Of a stretch of 64,000 bases of DNA, positions 57,960-64,000 are shown in pieces. A program made the position numbers and the translations under genes. Under the pieces are notes generated by a model. The model had not been told where the DNA came from. It ran no database searches and was given only the letters and a program-made list of their open reading frames with translations. The DNA is from the human T2T-CHM13v2.0 reference genome, Homo sapiens: NCBI RefSeq assembly GCF_009914755.1, contig NC_060930.1; one strand, written 5' to 3'. The stretch's first letter is position 1. Each line of letters starts with the position of its first letter.

Positions 57960-58814
57960 GGTGATATATAGTAAGAAATACATGTTTGGTCTCTGCCCCT
58001 GGCTCCTCTGCCTCTGGCACGCAGCCCCTAAAACTCTTGAAATCTCTGGGGTTCTCAGAGTGTCTTCTGTAGGCTACTGAGATGACTGATAGCTGGGGGC
58101 TCTTAGGGTAGCTTCCAGATGGGGGCTGGTCACCAGAAAGACCAAGGCAGGATAAGGTTGGGACTTTCAACCCCATCCCCCAACCTAGAGGGAGGGGAGA
58201 GGGGCTGAAGCTTGACTTGATCACCAATGGCCAACGATGTAATTAGTCATACATTACATGTAATTAGTAATGAAGCCTCCATAACAACCCAAAAGGACAG
58301 AGTCTGGAGAGCTTCTGCGTTGCTGAAGATATGCAGGTTCCTGGAGGGTGGTGCACCGGGAAAGTGCGTGGAAGCTCTGTGCCCCTTCCCATATGCCTGA
58401 CCCTACACAATTGTTCCATCTGGCTGGTCATCCATAGCCTTTATAATATCTTTTGTAATAAATGCACAAATGCAAATAAAGTGTTTCTCTGAGTTCTAGC
58501 AAACTAATCAAACTCTGGGAACCCCAAATTATAGCTGGCTGTTCAGAAGCACAGTTTGCAACCTGGGGTTTGTTACTGGTATCTGAAGTGGGGGCAGTCT
58601 TCTGGGACTGAACCCTTAACCTGTGGGATCTGATCCTATCTCCAGGCAGACAGTGTCGGAATTGGATTGTGGGACAATCAGCTGGTGTTCATGGAAAATT
58701 GCTTGGAGTAGGGAAAAATCCCCACACACATTCTCGTGATCAGAGGTCTGAAGTACTCTGTGTGTTGATTCTGTAAGAGTAGGAAAAATACTTTGGTTTC
58801 TTCTGTCTCTAACA
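57960..58814 (+). mobile_element. MER21-family LTR
   Basis: 'gtgatatatagtaagaaatacatgtttggtctctgcccc...ggctggtcaccagaaagaccaaggcagg'. Confidence 0.8.
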
Positions 58815-58955
58815 GTGGTTGCCATTTGTTAAGAAATTAGCAGGATTAGGATTGAAGAGGCCAACACTTGGAATACTTGGTTGAGAAGAGATTTCAGATG
58901 ACTGTCTGCCATTGTCCACCCCTTTGACTAACCAGCCTTTTAATATATTCATATG

Positions 58956-60796
<1,841 letters not shown>

Positions 60797-60868
60797 TAGT
60801 ACACATTCATCCCATCTCCATTAGGATGACCCCAAAGTCTCATCAAATTATAGCAACAGCTATAATTT

Positions 60869-60955
60869 GCTCAGTTTCTGTAGTAAATGGAAACCTTAGT
60901 TCTGTAGAAAATGGAAAAATGGAAAGCTCAGTTTCTGTAGTAAATGGAAACCTTA
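60869..60955. repeat. Perfect 30-bp direct repeat with scrambled spacer
   Basis: gctcagtttctgtagtaaatggaaacctta at 60869 and 60926. Confidence 0.9.
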
Positions 60956-61384
60956 CTTCTGTCCATCCCAATACAATAAAGAGGGATGAGTTGGGGCAGC
61001 CATGACATTCCCTTAGAAAGCAGAGCTTTAGGGAAGAAGAAAGAGATGGCTTAGTAAATTCACATGATTTTAGCAGAGCAAAGAGAGAGATAAGAAAGAG
61101 GAGAGAGGGCGGACGAAAGATGAGAGTTGGAGCAGAATGTGCTGAGAGGGCCATTTAGGAGCCAGAGAGGTCTTCAGGAGGAGCCTGGCATTACTTGACT
61201 CATTGCAGGCAAAATTGGAGAAGAGGGGTCATTTCTGTTTCTGAAAATGTACTCTGATATCTCAACTCAGCAGAGTGACCGCTTATTCTGAGTTTTATGT
61301 TCTTGGACCTTTTCTCCCTGTGCAAACAAGAATGTCCTTTACTTTAAATCCTAAGTCCCTATGAAAGTTAGGGACTTTCCAGAC

Positions 61385-62810
<1,426 letters not shown>

Positions 62811-62888
62811 ATTTCAGCTGACACAGTTGTTTTCAAAAGTTTTTGAGTTTTAAAATGAACGTGAAACCATTAGGAAAAATATGTGTTG

Positions 62889-63106
<218 letters not shown>

Positions 63107-63601
63107 TCAAGAAAATAGAAGAGATTATTTTGTTTTGCTGAAAGTTATCTGTTAATACTTCCTCAAATGATTCCATATAGACAGCTATACATTCTATCTC
63201 AGCTAAAAGGTCTAAAAAATCAAAAGAAAACCAAATTTCCAGTGGTTTAACTAAATATCATATTATGTTCTTATACATCAAACACTCCAGAGGTAAGAGC
63301 TCAAGGTTTGTACAGCAGCTCCACAATGATATCAGGGTATTCACAGCCCTATCTTTCTTCTTGGTCATCCCTAAAATGTGACTTTTAGCCTCATTCTTGT
63401 TGCTTCATGGTCACAGAAGGCTGCCTCCTCACCTGATAGTGTTTGCATTCCAGGCCACAAGAGGTGAAAGTTGCCTGGAACACATCCAGCAACTTCTACT
63501 TATAACTCGTTTGCCAGAACTGTTTCATATGGCCACCTGTCACTCCAAGGGAGGCTGGGGAATGTATATTTTTAGCTGGACCTGCCATTTCAAACACTTA
63601 G

Positions 63602-64000
<399 letters not shown>

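Overview
Primate (human/ape-like: AluY, AluS, AluJ and ERV9 LTR12 present) intergenic or deep-intronic DNA, about half of it interspersed repeats: about 20 Alus, old L1M/L1P, L2, MIR, MaLR/ERVL LTRs, a complete MST provirus, two Tigger3b, MER47A, MADE1 and MER81. I recognise no protein-coding exon; the ORF track is explained by repeats and chance. The most striking feature is a solo LTR12 (22821-23959, minus strand) inserted into an AluY. Its CCAAT array and TATA-like box are intact. From the predicted TSS (~23190) downstream for ~600 bp, through LTR, TSD and two flanking Alus, the sequence is far more diverged (~30-35% in the Alu parts), with strand-biased loss of C on the non-template strand. 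This looks like a promoter-anchored hypermutation footprint. Also notable: a MEF2/E-box/CArG/GATA enhancer candidate (~39.8-40.0 kb), a ~130-bp inverted copy of a local L1 segment 9 kb away (42304-42432 vs 51321-51450), and a template-switch scar (~52.5-52.8 kb). Repeat subfamily names and divergence counts are hand-made against remembered consensus sequences and need RepeatMasker/Dfam confirmation.
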